From: Octopus sinensis
Lineage: Eukaryota
DNA: 19,247 bases
Direction: 5' to 3'
NCBI RefSeq assembly: GCF_006345805.1
Contig: NW_021824305.1
Coordinates: 1 to 19,247, forward strand
The notes beneath the pieces were generated by a model, which worked only from the letters and a program-made list of their open reading frames with translations, was not told the origin of the DNA and searched no databases. Shown here one piece after another: positions 17,186 to 19,247 of the stretch. Both the position numbers and the translations under genes were made by a program. How positions within the stretch are numbered: the stretch's first letter is position 1; every line of letters starts with the position of its first letter.

Positions 17186-18057
17186 TTGACTGATGAATAG
17201 AAAACCACGAATGTTCCCACCTGATTTTCCTGTCCGTCTTTGTATCTGTCCGTCTGTTTTTATTGTCGTCCGTTTCGTTCTTGTTTTTTTTTTTATATTT
17301 CTATGTACATATACCGGCGTACCTATAACTTTTGCTCAGCTTGTAAGTATTTATCTAAATTCTGTACGACTTTCTTCTTTTTTTTTCCTCTTTTTTTTTC
17401 TCGCTCCCCCTATCTCACTTTCTTCGTATTCTCTTTCCATTTTTCTTTTTCTTCCTCCCCTTCTCTCACACTTCTTGGCATTCTCTTTCTTTAATCTCTT
17501 TACTTTCCTCTGTCCCCCTCTCACTTTCTCTCACTAGTTCCTTCCCTAATTCTTCAATCACTCTGCTTCCTACCGCCTTCTGTTCCCCCCTAATTTTTCA
17601 ATCTCCCTGCTCCCTACCTGTCTCTGTTCCTCCCACGTGACTGATGCTTGGCCAAGCATAATTTTTAACAATACCATATTTTCCTGTCTCCTGATTTTCA
17701 CATACGTTTCTTGCCGCATGGCTTCCACTTCACACGCTAGCTTAACTTAACTTGCCCTTTTAGTCGAAAGACCCCTGTTCTTATGTTTGTTGTTCGTTTT
17801 TGTAATCATGTAACATTTTCTACATTTTTTCGTATTTTTATCCGTGTTGTCGCACAAATTCGCTCACTTTTTCCCAGAAATGTAATGCCCTTAGCTTAGA
17901 TATTTGGGGTCTACCAACAGGCCGAAACTGTAATGATGATTGAAAGCTTGACTGATGAATAGAAAGCCGAGAATGTTCTGTCCTGGTACCTGTCCCTCTT
18001 TGTATCGTCCATCTGTCAGTATGATTTCATTGTCGTCCGTTACGTATTCTTCAGTTT
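17186..18057 (+). mobile_element. About 870-bp element with diverged ~100-bp terminal direct repeats, embedded in (TA)n; Penelope-like/retrozyme-like
   Basis: TTGACTGATGAATAGAAA...GAATGTTC...CCTGTCC.TCTTTGTATC...ATTGTCGTCCGTT occurs at 17186 and 17948 (762 bp apart). The interior is pyrimidine-rich, and GGCCGAAAC lies just before the second repeat. Confidence 0.55.
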
Positions 18058-18105
18058 ATATATATATATATAATATATATATATATATATTATATATATA
18101 TATAC

Positions 18106-18137
<32 letters not shown>

Positions 18138-18415
18138 TTACATACATGTATATATATATATTATATATATATATTATATATATATGTGTGTGTGTGTGTG
18201 GTGTGTGTGTGTGTTGTGTGTGTGATTGTGTGTTTATGTCTACACACATATACATATCCTTCACTACAGAAAAAATTCGATCATATTCACATTCATTTAG
18301 ATTTCCAATCGCCCACATACACACACACGCCCGCACAGAAACAGTGTTATAAGTCACAAATAAATAAATAAATAAATATATAAGTCGCAAATAAATAAAT
18401 AAATAAATAAATAAG
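18057..18415. repeat. (TA)n/(TG)n and (AAAT)n microsatellites with short spacers
   Basis: Seen directly. Confidence 0.85.
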
Positions 18416-18513
18416 AAATAGATAGAAACATCATTTTATTGCCGTTCATAAAACATGGCGACAAAACAACATTGAACTAAGTAACAAGTTAATGTTATTG
18501 AACGCTCTTGCAG

Positions 18514-18588
18514 ACGATAAGCCCGACAGACGGCGTAATAACAGAAGAAAGAAAAAAAACCTGATGGAAAGATTACAAAGAATTTTCA
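18514..18588 (+). CDS. Candidate symmetric 75-nt exon (xDKPDRRRNNRRKKKNLMERLQRIF), basic/NLS-like
   Basis: Acceptor CTCTTGCAG (AG 18512-18513) with TTAAT about 22 nt upstream and donor GTAAAT at 18589. It is phase 1-1, a multiple of three, open, and purine-rich against an AT-repeat background. Confidence 0.5.
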
Positions 18589-18759
18589 GTAAATCCAAGA
18601 ATATACTTATATATATATTTTTGCCACTTACAACTGAATGTTCCTAATTCTCATTATCTTGGTATCTATTTGTTTCCAACTCAGTGAAAAGTAATTGGGG
18701 TATATACACATATGAATATAGTGCATGCATTTATGCTTATACATACAAATATGTGTGTG

Positions 18760-19247
<488 letters not shown>

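Noticed and set aside
17190-17204. CTGATGAATAGAAA as a hammerhead in the direct repeats (also at 17952)
   Set aside because: No stem II and no GAAAC...UH with a closing stem I.
18451-18475. AAACATGGCG strong start / YY1-like motif
   Set aside because: The frame closes after 6 codons and no donor follows.

Overview
This is AT-rich, microsatellite-dense eukaryotic DNA. The tRNA-derived SINE families point to an octopus (coleoid cephalopod) genome; that assignment is inferred from recalled repeat consensus, not from a search. No complete gene is visible, and almost all ORFs in the supplied track are translations of (TA)n, (CA)n, (TACA)n, (TCTA)n or (CAT)n repeats. The window reads as intronic sequence of a plus-strand gene with a few small candidate exons; the best are an EF-hand-like exon at 12268 and a basic 75-nt symmetric exon at 18514. 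It holds at least three tRNA-SINE families (young, old and nested copies), a 250-bp mariner deletion derivative, a CCC/GGG-ended MITE and Penelope-like terminal-repeat remnants. One of those remnants carries a variant minimal hammerhead ribozyme at 16643-16680. The most unusual structures are: (1) tiny inverted tail insertions with long duplications inside SINEs; (2) a 34-36 bp direct repeat bracketing 1.07 kb of unique DNA plus a SINE, a possible 5' transduction; (3) a local inverted-plus-direct duplication of one SINE copy joined at (TA)n tracts; (4) a decayed antisense ORF built from Trp-Pro/Thr-Asp repeats; and (5) two small higher-order tandem arrays. All alignments were done by eye, and boundaries of old elements are approximate.
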